NCBI GenBank assembly: GCA_964413045.1
Contig: CAYPRE010000001.1
Span: 1-42,901, forward strand
Source of the DNA: an uncultured Candidatus Bathyarchaeia archaeon
Lineage (GTDB): Archaea > Thermoproteota > Bathyarchaeia > Bathyarchaeales > Bathycorpusculaceae
Direction: 5' to 3'
DNA: 42,901 nt
This document shows, in pieces, positions 27,377 to 35,072 of the stretch. How positions within the stretch are numbered: position 1 is the stretch's first letter; each line of letters starts with the position of its first letter. The position numbers were made by a program, and so were the translations under genes. The notes beneath the pieces are model-generated. The model made no database searches. It had not been told where the DNA came from and saw only the letters and a program-made list of their open reading frames with translations.

Positions 27377-27407
27377 GGCGGGTGAGTGGCCCTCCACCCG
27401 TTCCGCC
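27377..27407 (+). other. GC-rich imperfect hairpin in the leader of the QueT-like gene
   Basis: In GGCGGGTGAGTGGCCCTCCACCCGTTCCGCC, GGGTG (27380-27384) pairs with CACCC (27395-27399), plus flanking C-G / G-U pairs. It lies 30-60 nt upstream of the TTG start. No function is assigned. Confidence 0.25.
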
Positions 27408-27437
27408 TTGAGAAATCCCGGTGTCGGAGGTGAAAAA

Positions 27438-27995
27438 TTGAGAATTGACAGTAGAAGTCTAACGCTCACTGCTGTTTTAACAGCGCTCTATGCTACAATT
27501 AATATCATTCAAATGAGCACTATCGGCAATCCAACTGTCTACGGACCGATACAGTTGCGCGTCGCTGATTGTCTAATCGCCCTGGCTGCACTATTTGGCT
27601 GGCCTGTCGTTGGGGGAGTTACTCTGGGCTGCTTTTTGACCAACTCCTACTATTTCCTCGGATTTCAAGACGTCATGCTTGGACCTGTTGCCAACTTGAT
27701 CGCTGCAAGCATAATTCTTTTGCTCAGTAAACATCGGCTCATCGCATGTGTCTTGGGATCCTTGCCAGTAGGCTTTCTTGTCGGAGGATACCTCGCGATA
27801 TTCTTCCCCTTTCTCACACCGCCTGAGGTTCTCAGTGTCTTACCAGCGTTAGCGGCCATGATCGTCAGCTTAACAATTAGCAGCTTGATTGCGATCGCTG
27901 GAATAGGATATATGCTTCTCCTTGTACTCAGCAGGCCTAGAATCATAGAACCACTTAGATCACACGGTCTTAAGACGTTGCCACAGGATGGGTAA
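27438..27995 (+). CDS. queT: QueT-like membrane protein (queuosine/archaeosine precursor transporter family, ECF S-component-like)
   Basis: About 185 aa with 5-6 TM helices. The segment GPIQLRVADCLIALAALFG...GCFLTN...GPVANLIAA matches my recollection of the QueT signature (IQFR[IV]sEal). The likely start is TTG 27438, 6 nt after GGAGGTGA; the track start is TTG 27408. Confidence 0.55.
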   Translation: MRIDSRSLTLTAVLTALYATINIIQMSTIGNPTVYGPIQLRVADCLIALAALFGWPVVGGVTLGCFLTNSYYFLGFQDVMLGPVANLIAASIILLLSKHRLIACVLGSLPVGFLVGGYLAIFFPFLTPPEVLSVLPALAAMIVSLTISSLIAIAGIGYMLLLVLSRPRIIEPLRSHGLKTLPQDG

Positions 27996-28001
27996 GGCCA
28001 T

Positions 28002-30677
28002 TCACATGAAACGTTCCAGCTTTGTCAATCCGATTATCTCATCGAAATCCAGACCCAGGGCATCCAGAACCTGATCGAAAGTCGAATGAAGATAAGCAAT
28101 GTACTTGTCCACGTCAACTTCGTTCTTTGTGACCATATCGACTGGTTTTACGTGTGGTTCCTTAGTGGTTTTTACGAAACTGATCAAGTCGCCAGCCCGC
28201 AGGTCGGCACCATTCTCCTTCAAGATCTTTGCCGCTTTTACGTGTTGAGGCGTCGTCTTCGTGTAGCGTTCGATGTCTTCGCCTAACACGACATTAAAGG
28301 CTAGATCATTCATGTTTTCCCATTCTCGTCTTTTCAACTGCATGTAACGGTCTAGAACGATTTCCGCAATGCTTTTCTTAGCATTTTCAAAGTCGGCAGG
28401 CGTCTTAACCTGTGCCAATCGAGATTTCATGTTCTCGAACGATTTCTTGATAAAAACGGGGATGTGACGTTTTTTTCCGGTTAATCCTTTGACATCGACT
28501 GCGCCATCTTCTAGAACGCCTAGGTAGTTCTTCTTGCGCGAGCTGAAAACTGCATATCTGTACAGTTTGTCCACATCGAGACTCATTTTGAGCTCAAGCT
28601 CCGTCCAATGAGCCAGTTCCTCGATCTGCTGTTTCGACGGGTTCTTTAGGAATAGACTGTCAGTGTCTCCATAAAGAACCTGAATGTTGAGATCTTCTGC
28701 TTTTTTCAGTATCTTTGTTATGGAGTGTCGTCCAATAGCTGCCGTTGCTTCAGCGACAGGTGGACAATAGAGATCAAAACTTTCAGCTCCAAAAACACCA
28801 TAACTTGCGTTCAGAATAACTTTGAGTGCTCCCTGGATGATGTTGTACCAGCTTCTCAATTCTGCGGTTACAGTCTTGTCCTTTGATCTAAGTTTGTACC
28901 ATTCGACCCGCAGGTCCCTCAAAGAGCCGATGAGAAGGCTTTCCAACGCACGCTTCCTTGTGCACACCCAGTTTGGAGTATCAGGAATCATGTTGGCACG
29001 GCATTCTGGGTGCGGGCAAAGAACGGATTGATAGCCGAGATTCCAGACTTTTATTATCGATGGGTACAGGCTTGGAAAATCCATCACCGCAACATTGAAA
29101 TGTACCCCCGGCACAGGCTCGACTACTATAGCTCCTTTGTACTTCTTGCCTTTTATGGTCGCTTTCGTCGCTGTTTTGCCTTTGGCCGCAAGGATCTCTT
29201 GAGGTGTTGGAATCAACATGTTTCGGTGGCGGTGTTCTCTCTGCAGGAAATTCCTTATCCAGCGAGACACTCCCTGTCGACTAACATCTTCTATTGGCAT
29301 GCTGCTAATCCGTGAGAGTATTAAGATCAATTTCATGACAAGTTCGTCTTCAAAACTAGTGAGTTTAAAAGTGATTTCTGAGTCCCTAAGACAATACTTG
29401 GCCAGTTCAGTGTAGGTTAATTCTCCTAAGCCCTTTTCAAGCCCTATCTTTTCAAGTTGGACTAGGGCTTTACCAACATCGTTGAGTGTTACATCTTTGT
29501 AGCGGTTACTGAAAGCATAGATTTGAATCGAGCGATTGAAAAGGAATTTGTACAGGTCGATGTGTACACCGTAGTTAAGTGAGCATGAGCGTTTTCCAAC
29601 TACTATCGGAATATCGCCATGCCTGACGCCTAGATTCAAAGCTCTGTGAGTTAGATAACGAAGGTCAAAATCGTCTCCGTTAAACGTCAATACGAATGGA
29701 TAATCATCCAAGACATTAAACACTGCATGGATAAGACTAGTTTCAGAATCAAAATATTCAACATCCGCAGAAGGGTGCTCAGTCCCTTCACGCACGCCTT
29801 CCCTCTTGAGAACTAGGACTTTCTTGAGTCCGTCTGAGCTGAAAAGCGAAACGCATATTACAGGATAACCGGCTTCACGCGGGTCAGGAACACGCGTCGG
29901 CAACGGCGCCAAGACTTCTATGTCCAGAGCGACACGACGGAACTTCGGCGCCGGATACTCCATGAGTCTCGCCCAATCTTCTATGAATTCCAACTCTTCA
30001 GGCGTTGCATCCTTGAAGACCGACCTCAGTGCTTTAACCGTTCTTTCAGAATTTTCCAGTCTCACGGTAACAAGATTGCCGTTCTGGACGGTGTATATCA
30101 TTCCAGGAAGAAGATTCCTGTCGTAGATGTACGATTGGTAATACTTTATCGTTGATTCCCATACTTTGATATTCTCGCGAATGACCGGTACTTCTGAAAC
30201 ATTCGGGAAGTCTTCGGGGATTATGTCTCGGATACATCCGGTTGGGCGTCCTCCAATAGCAAGTGGGTCTTTCGCTACGATTTTGGTTACCTTCACTTCT
30301 TTGTCCAAAAGCGGGTCGAACTTCTCTACGACCTCGAAATGGTCAAAACCTTGATGATGAATTAGCCGATTGATTTTTTCAAGCTCGTACTGTGACAAGT
30401 TTGTCAAGCAATAGGGTTGATGCCCAGTATTGTCGTACCAGAAGTAGATGCGGCCTGATTCAGGTTCATACAGCTTGATCAGTGCTTTGTTCAGTCGCCC
30501 GTCGTAAGTGGCAGAAACTAGGTAGGAAGCAGGCAGATCAGAAGGTGCAATAGGGGAAAAAGCCTGTTTTCTTTCTCGATCAACAGCCCTAACCAGCGGT
30601 ATATTTTCTGTTTTTACTTCTTGTTTCGGCTTTGTCTCTTTCGGAATCGAGAAATCTTCCAAACGTCTTTGTGACAT
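28002..30677 (-). CDS. polB: Family B DNA polymerase
   Basis: 891 aa with exonuclease motifs (ALDIEV, FNGDDFDLRYL) and polymerase motifs (DFPSLYPSII, KVILNASYG, YGDTDSLF, KKRHIPV/KGL). No intein-sized insertion is present. Confidence 0.9.
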   Translation of the reverse strand: MSQRRLEDFSIPKETKPKQEVKTENIPLVRAVDRERKQAFSPIAPSDLPASYLVSATYDGRLNKALIKLYEPESGRIYFWYDNTGHQPYCLTNLSQYELEKINRLIHHQGFDHFEVVEKFDPLLDKEVKVTKIVAKDPLAIGGRPTGCIRDIIPEDFPNVSEVPVIRENIKVWESTIKYYQSYIYDRNLLPGMIYTVQNGNLVTVRLENSERTVKALRSVFKDATPEELEFIEDWARLMEYPAPKFRRVALDIEVLAPLPTRVPDPREAGYPVICVSLFSSDGLKKVLVLKREGVREGTEHPSADVEYFDSETSLIHAVFNVLDDYPFVLTFNGDDFDLRYLTHRALNLGVRHGDIPIVVGKRSCSLNYGVHIDLYKFLFNRSIQIYAFSNRYKDVTLNDVGKALVQLEKIGLEKGLGELTYTELAKYCLRDSEITFKLTSFEDELVMKLILILSRISSMPIEDVSRQGVSRWIRNFLQREHRHRNMLIPTPQEILAAKGKTATKATIKGKKYKGAIVVEPVPGVHFNVAVMDFPSLYPSIIKVWNLGYQSVLCPHPECRANMIPDTPNWVCTRKRALESLLIGSLRDLRVEWYKLRSKDKTVTAELRSWYNIIQGALKVILNASYGVFGAESFDLYCPPVAEATAAIGRHSITKILKKAEDLNIQVLYGDTDSLFLKNPSKQQIEELAHWTELELKMSLDVDKLYRYAVFSSRKKNYLGVLEDGAVDVKGLTGKKRHIPVFIKKSFENMKSRLAQVKTPADFENAKKSIAEIVLDRYMQLKRREWENMNDLAFNVVLGEDIERYTKTTPQHVKAAKILKENGADLRAGDLISFVKTTKEPHVKPVDMVTKNEVDVDKYIAYLHSTFDQVLDALGLDFDEIIGLTKLERFM

Positions 30678-30698
30678 CTGATGACTTACCCTAGGTCA

Positions 30699-30721
30699 GT
30701 TTTATGCGTTAGGTGACCTAA
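30699..30721 (-). promoter_or_regulatory. polB promoter: TATA-like ATAAAA with an adjacent perfect 6-1-6 palindrome TTAGGT-C-ACCTAA
   Basis: The minus strand reads ...TTTTAGGTCACCTAACGCATAAAACTGACCTAGGGTAAGTCATCAG-ATG. ATAAAA lies at about -28 to -23 from the ATG, implying a leaderless mRNA. The palindrome (30721-30709) abuts the BRE side, and a further GACCTAG half-site lies between the TATA box and the ATG. Confidence 0.3.
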
Positions 30722-30818
30722 AATCTCTTGTGCAATGCGTTGTTGCATGAAAGAAGAGGCATTTTTGAGGACTTTAGTTCGAAGGAGATATTCTACCTGC
30801 TGGGGCAAATCTCTTCCT

Positions 30819-32108
30819 TCAACTAGTTATGCGTTCGACGATTTTTCCAATGTTGACGATACTCTGTTCTCTTCTGACTAGATCTTTTATCACAACTGCT
30901 CCTTCGTTGAGTTCTTTTTTTCCTACGATAATCGCATAGTCCATCTTTTTTTTGTCAGCTACTTCAAGGGCTTTTGCGATCTTTCTCCCCATGATCTCGA
31001 GTTCAACGCTTATTCCTGATTCCCGCAGAATTTGTGCAATCTTTGCGGTTTCATCGGCAACATTGTCTCCCACTGCAACGACCATCACTATCTTACGTAT
31101 CTGTGTTTGTGGTCGTGTCTGTTGCATTTTCATGGCGAGCATTATACGGTCTAGTCCATGGGCTACTCCAATAGCTGGTGTTGGCTCACCCCCAAAGAGC
31201 TCGATGAGTCGATCATATCTTCCCCCGCCCCCCAGCGCAATGTCCAAGTCTGCAACATACATTTCAAAAATGATTCCAGTGTAGTACTCAAGTCCTCTAG
31301 CAAAGCCAGCGTCAAGAGTGACGGCAATCCTGCATTCGCTTCCGGAGATCAGTCTAAGTATCTCCCTTAGGTTTTTTGCAGCCTCAATAGATTTCTCATA
31401 GTTTTTGACGAGTCTTTCAATCTTCTCCACTATTTCAAAAACGTTTGTGCCTCTAAGCTTAACGAGTTCTTGAATTATCGAGGTGCAATTTTCGGATACT
31501 CCTGAGTTCTTAAGCAGCCCAATTGCATAATCGTATTGTTTTTTGTCCATCAACTGCATTACAGCATTCTGTATTTTTTCTTCGACTTTCTCGTGTTCAA
31601 GAATTCCTTTTAATACTCCGATGTGTCCAATTTTGAAAGCAACTCTTCTCAGGCCGTTCTGCTGCAATAGGGTGTTGGTCAGCATCAGTATTTCAGCGTC
31701 TGCTTCAGGCTTGCTGGAGCCCATTAGTTCATAGTTGGACTGCCAGAATTCTCTGTAGCGTCCTTTCTGTGGTTCATCATAGCGGTAGATACTTCCAACG
31801 CAGAAAAGTCTCAAGGGTTTAGGCTCATTCTTCAGAGTTGTAGCGACGAGTCTAGCCACTGAAGCCGTGAATTCTGGGCGTAGGGCGATGTCGCGTCCGC
31901 CCAAGTCTTTGAAGATAAACATACGCGACTTCACCTCTTCGCCTGCCTTCGCTGACAAAAGGTCATATGGTTCCACGATTGGAGTTATGATTTCTTTGTA
32001 ACTGTATAGATCCGCAACCTTTCGCGCTCTGTCCTCAACAAACCTCAACAGTGATGCTTCTTCAGGCAGAAAATCCCTCATTCCTCTGACTGTTCTGAAC
32101 CCTGACAT
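30819..32108 (-). CDS. hisS: Histidyl-tRNA synthetase
   Basis: 429 aa with class II motifs (RGMRDFLP, LRPEFTASVAR, YRYDEPQKGRYREFWQ, GGGGRYD) and a C-terminal anticodon-binding domain. Confidence 0.9.
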   Translation of the reverse strand: MSGFRTVRGMRDFLPEEASLLRFVEDRARKVADLYSYKEIITPIVEPYDLLSAKAGEEVKSRMFIFKDLGGRDIALRPEFTASVARLVATTLKNEPKPLRLFCVGSIYRYDEPQKGRYREFWQSNYELMGSSKPEADAEILMLTNTLLQQNGLRRVAFKIGHIGVLKGILEHEKVEEKIQNAVMQLMDKKQYDYAIGLLKNSGVSENCTSIIQELVKLRGTNVFEIVEKIERLVKNYEKSIEAAKNLREILRLISGSECRIAVTLDAGFARGLEYYTGIIFEMYVADLDIALGGGGRYDRLIELFGGEPTPAIGVAHGLDRIMLAMKMQQTRPQTQIRKIVMVVAVGDNVADETAKIAQILRESGISVELEIMGRKIAKALEVADKKKMDYAIIVGKKELNEGAVVIKDLVRREQSIVNIGKIVERITS

Positions 32109-32117
32109 GCCCTGATA

Positions 32118-32681
32118 TCACCGCTGCTTAAGATTCAGTTCTGAAACGGAATAGTAAACTGTTTCTCCCCGACGATTCATGACAGCCAAAACAAGCTCTT
32201 TTTTGAGGCTAAGGCTCTGAGTCAACGCGTTCGTCAAGTCTTGGACCGAAATTGGTTTTCCCTCTTGAACACTCAAGATGAGATACTTAGCAGTGTTCTT
32301 AGCGTAATCGCCTCTCTCGTAGACCCTGAAGCTTACTCCTGAACCAAACCCTTCCCGGACAACATAACCGCGACTTCTCAAGTCTCTATAGGCCAGATAG
32401 GATGCCCAAGCATTCTCGTCAAGACTCTCATAGGACTTGAGCAAGCTCTGAAAGTCGATTCCGCGTCCTTCTCGGTCTTCAACTTCGAGCATATTTTTGT
32501 CTAGGAGATAGAGTGCTTCGTAGAAAGTAAGGAGGAGCTCTTTTTTCTCCATCGCACCGTATCCCTTGTTAGAAAGCGCGTCTACGAACTGTTGTAAGGA
32601 AATTTTGACACCGTTTTCAACGAGCAACCCTTTGGCCTTGTCTCCTGAATCGGGCGACCTTTCATCTTCACGGGCATCCAT
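32118..32681 (-). CDS. endA: tRNA-splicing endonuclease family protein lacking the catalytic His (probable structural subunit)
   Basis: 187 aa. YLAYRDLRSRGYVVREGFGSGVSFRVYERG...KYLILSV...SLKKELVLAV...VYYSV matches the EndA C-terminal catalytic fold. The Tyr and Lys positions are present, but the whole protein contains no histidine. Confidence 0.7.
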   Translation of the reverse strand: MDAREDERSPDSGDKAKGLLVENGVKISLQQFVDALSNKGYGAMEKKELLLTFYEALYLLDKNMLEVEDREGRGIDFQSLLKSYESLDENAWASYLAYRDLRSRGYVVREGFGSGVSFRVYERGDYAKNTAKYLILSVQEGKPISVQDLTNALTQSLSLKKELVLAVMNRRGETVYYSVSELNLKQR

Positions 32682-32726
32682 TCAAATCCTCAGGTTGATT
32701 AGAGCAATGTTTCAACTTATTAGCAG

Positions 32727-33740
32727 TTAGGTCTTTAGCTCGTTGAAATCTCGCTTTCGCAGGATCCCGTCCTCGCAGATTATTGCCGTAACGTAATCAA
32801 TCGGAGTGATGTCGAAGGCGGGGTTGAAAACGTTGACGCCTTGAGGCGCGATCCTTTTTGAATTGATGCGTGTTACCTCTTCAGGATCTCTCTCTTCAAT
32901 AACGACTTCGGCTGAGACCTTGCTCATATCAAATGTGGATTTGGGTGCAGCAACGTAGAACGGGATGTTGTGTTCTCTTGCCAAGACGGCGACTGTGTAG
33001 GTTCCTATTTTGTTTATGACCGCGTCTCTGACTATGCGGTCGGCTCCGACGATCACCATGTTGACCATCTTTTTGGACATGACGTAGCCTGCCATGTCGT
33101 CCGTGATAAGCGTGACAGGTATGTCGTCTCGCATAAGTTCGTAGGCAGTCAGCCTTGCTCCTTGGAGAAGGGGGCGGGTCTCATCAGCGAAGACTTTGAC
33201 GCGTTTTCCTTGTTCCATCGCAGCTCTGACAACGCCTAGGGCAGTGCCATAATCGACCGTGGCCAGGGCGCCAGCATTGCAGTGTGTCAAGACATTATCT
33301 CCGTCTTTGATGAGTTCCGCGCCGTTTTTGCCTATCATGTGGTTCGCTTGGACATCTTCGTCAGCAATTCTGTTCGCTTCTTCAATCACAAATGTGGCCA
33401 GATCGTTGACGTTGTCACGAAAAGTCTCCACCTTGCTCAATATCCTATCAAGTGCCCAAAAAAGGTTCACAGCTGTTGGACGGGTCCGCCTAATTTTCTC
33501 CCCGGACTCCTTCAGTTCCTGAATAAGCCTCTCAACTGTCTTGGCATGTGAGTTGTATGCTGTCAGGGCTAGAGCGAAGGCCGCAGAGGCTCCGAGCAAC
33601 GGTGCGCCCCTTATTCTCATCGTCCTGATCGCATCGGCCACTTCATCGCAAGTCTTCAATCGAATGAGAACAGTTTCCGTAGGAAGTCTAGTCTGATCAA
33701 TCGTCTGAACCGTACCGTTGCGCCACTCTATGGTCCGCAT
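32727..33740 (-). CDS. mtnA: Methylthioribose-1-phosphate isomerase (MtnA / aIF-2B-I, eIF-2B alpha/beta/delta family)
   Basis: The N-terminus IEWRNGTVQTIDQTRLP...IRTMRIRGAPLLGASAAFALAL is typical of M1P isomerases rather than ribose-1,5-bisphosphate isomerases. 337 aa. Confidence 0.8.
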   Translation of the reverse strand: MRTIEWRNGTVQTIDQTRLPTETVLIRLKTCDEVADAIRTMRIRGAPLLGASAAFALALTAYNSHAKTVERLIQELKESGEKIRRTRPTAVNLFWALDRILSKVETFRDNVNDLATFVIEEANRIADEDVQANHMIGKNGAELIKDGDNVLTHCNAGALATVDYGTALGVVRAAMEQGKRVKVFADETRPLLQGARLTAYELMRDDIPVTLITDDMAGYVMSKKMVNMVIVGADRIVRDAVINKIGTYTVAVLAREHNIPFYVAAPKSTFDMSKVSAEVVIEERDPEEVTRINSKRIAPQGVNVFNPAFDITPIDYVTAIICEDGILRKRDFNELKT

Positions 33741-33985
33741 GCTCCGACCTCATAAAGCGCTTGTGCAGCTGAAGTATAAGTTTTGTCGCAGATGAAAAAG
33801 GTTATGAAAAGACGAGACCTAAACGCAATCGTTGAGAGATTCGGGCTGCTCTGAGATACTTGGTAATTGAGGATTTTCTGGAAGAAGAAACAGATGGAGG
33901 GTCAATCCTTCGTCAATTTTGAAACTACACTTCTCAGAATGGATAAGGATTTCAGAAAGAAATCAAAGAGGGATCGCATGTTCGA

Positions 33986-34744
33986 CTAGTAACGACTGCT
34001 TGCGTCAGATGGTGCCTTTACGTAAGTGATTACTTCTACGGGGCATTCTCCTGAAAGCTTGAGAGTTCGTTTCCATTCCTCGCCCACTGCTATGAGTGAG
34101 AAGACGCCGGACAGTTCAGCCTTTGCTTTTCGCACAAGGTTGACCAACGCGGCTTGCGTTTCTCCGCTCTTGATCATGTCATCTACGATTAGGACGCTGT
34201 CCCTTTTCTTGATAGCTTCCTTTGGGATGTAAAGCGTCATCGTTACTCCTGAGCCTCTGTAAAGAACATAGGTTTCTTCGAGAAAGGCTTTGACGCCTAT
34301 CTCTTTGTTTCGCTTCGCGACGATGAGGTTGACTCCTAAAGCATTAGCGACCATGGTTGCCAATGGGATACCGTCCACAGCGGCAGTCAAGATCTTCGTG
34401 ACGCGTTTTCCAGCGAAAATTGCCAGCGCATGATTTGCTGCCTGCTGAAGAATATTGAAGTCGCCTACTATTTCTGTGTTGTCGAAATATCCATCTTCAT
34501 CAAACTTTATTCGGCTGCGAAGTTCATTTTCTAAGCCGACAAGTTTTGTCAACACTTTCCAGAGCTGTTTAGCTCTTGCAGTGTTTGGCAAGACATGCCC
34601 CTTGGCATATCTGCTCAGAACGGTAACAGGCAAACCTGTTTTGGAGGCCAGCTCTCGATATGTGATATTTCTTTTATACTTCGCAGTCCTGAGCAGTTCA
34701 ATAGTCATTAAACGTAGCTTCAAATCATCTGCATGTGTACTCAT
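33986..34744 (-). CDS. HTH domain fused to a type I phosphoribosyltransferase domain (PurR/GfcR-like regulator)
   Basis: N-terminal HTH (ITYRELASKTGLPVTVLSRYAKGH), and a C-terminal PRPP-binding loop VLIVDDMIKSGETQ. Confidence 0.6.
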   Translation of the reverse strand: MSTHADDLKLRLMTIELLRTAKYKRNITYRELASKTGLPVTVLSRYAKGHVLPNTARAKQLWKVLTKLVGLENELRSRIKFDEDGYFDNTEIVGDFNILQQAANHALAIFAGKRVTKILTAAVDGIPLATMVANALGVNLIVAKRNKEIGVKAFLEETYVLYRGSGVTMTLYIPKEAIKKRDSVLIVDDMIKSGETQAALVNLVRKAKAELSGVFSLIAVGEEWKRTLKLSGECPVEVITYVKAPSDASSRY

Positions 34745-34956
34745 AATAATCCCTTATACATCGATAACTCAAATGCTAGAGTGATTCTCATTTATTATTT
34801 CACTACTTTTATAAAACTTGCTGGCAATCGCAATCAGGGTGGCAGATATCAAACGTGTTTCAGGTTGTCGGGACAAGAAATAGATCCTTTACCCCAAAAG
34901 GACTAGGACATAGGAAGTGGCGGATCCGCTGGGATTTGAACCCAGGACTTTCGGCT

Positions 34957-34973
34957 TTCTTGAGTGGTTGCTT
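34957..34973 (-). other. Canonical-position (37/38) tRNA intron, 17 nt
   Basis: AAGCAACCACUCAAGAA lies between A37 and A38. The anticodon-loop CUU(C) can pair with intron (C)AAG, giving two 3-nt bulges (UAA / AAA) around a 3-4 bp helix. The A-run makes the exact junction ambiguous by +/-1-2 nt. Confidence 0.7.
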
Positions 34974-34990
34974 TAGAAGGCCGACGCGCT

Positions 34991-35007
34991 TTATGGCTTT
35001 CAAATGT
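34991..35007 (-). other. Non-canonical D-loop tRNA intron (about position 20a/21), 17 nt
   Basis: ACAUUUGAAAGCCAUAA. Exon AUGG pairs with intron CCAU (4 bp), flanked by the 3-nt bulges AUA and AAA on opposite strands, which is a textbook bulge-helix-bulge. Cleavage after the second bulge nucleotide leaves a normal 10-nt D-loop AGCAUGGAUA. Confidence 0.65.
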
Positions 35008-35060
35008 ATCCATGCTGCGCTACGGATCCTTTTTCTGCATTAGAAGAAAGGTTTAGAGTG

Positions 35061-35072
35061 ATATATTTTTAT
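35061..35072 (-). promoter_or_regulatory. TATA-like box for the tRNA gene, embedded at the leuS 3' end
   Basis: The minus strand reads ATAAAAATATAT, centred about 37 nt upstream of the tRNA 5' end. This implies a short leader. Confidence 0.3.

Larger units (their letters stand above)
34918..35029 (-). tRNA. tRNA-Arg (anticodon UCU) with two 17-nt introns and a genomically encoded CCA
   Basis: The reverse complement folds as GGAUCCG-UA-GCGC-[AGCAUGGAU|intron|A]-GCGC-G-UCGGC-[CUUCUA|intron|A]-GCCGA-AAGUC-CUGGG-UUCAAAU-CCCAG-CGGAUCC-G-CCA. All four stems are fully Watson-Crick. It is 112 nt against about 78 nt mature. Confidence 0.85.

Noticed and set aside
27427-27439. An identical 13-mer GGAGGTGAAAAAT occurs at 27427 and 41654, as a possible repeated element
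   Set aside because: By a rough estimate, chance 13-mer matches are expected several times in a 43-kb window counted on both strands. The shared part is simply an SD plus an A-rich spacer, and the flanks are unrelated.
33803-33865. 20-codon plus-strand ORF (MKKVMKRRDLNAIVERFGLL) about 25 nt downstream of the TATA-like AAGTATAAG
   Set aside because: The same A/T box is correctly placed, and accompanied by a GAGGT SD, for the minus-strand mtnA gene. There is no independent support for the tiny ORF.
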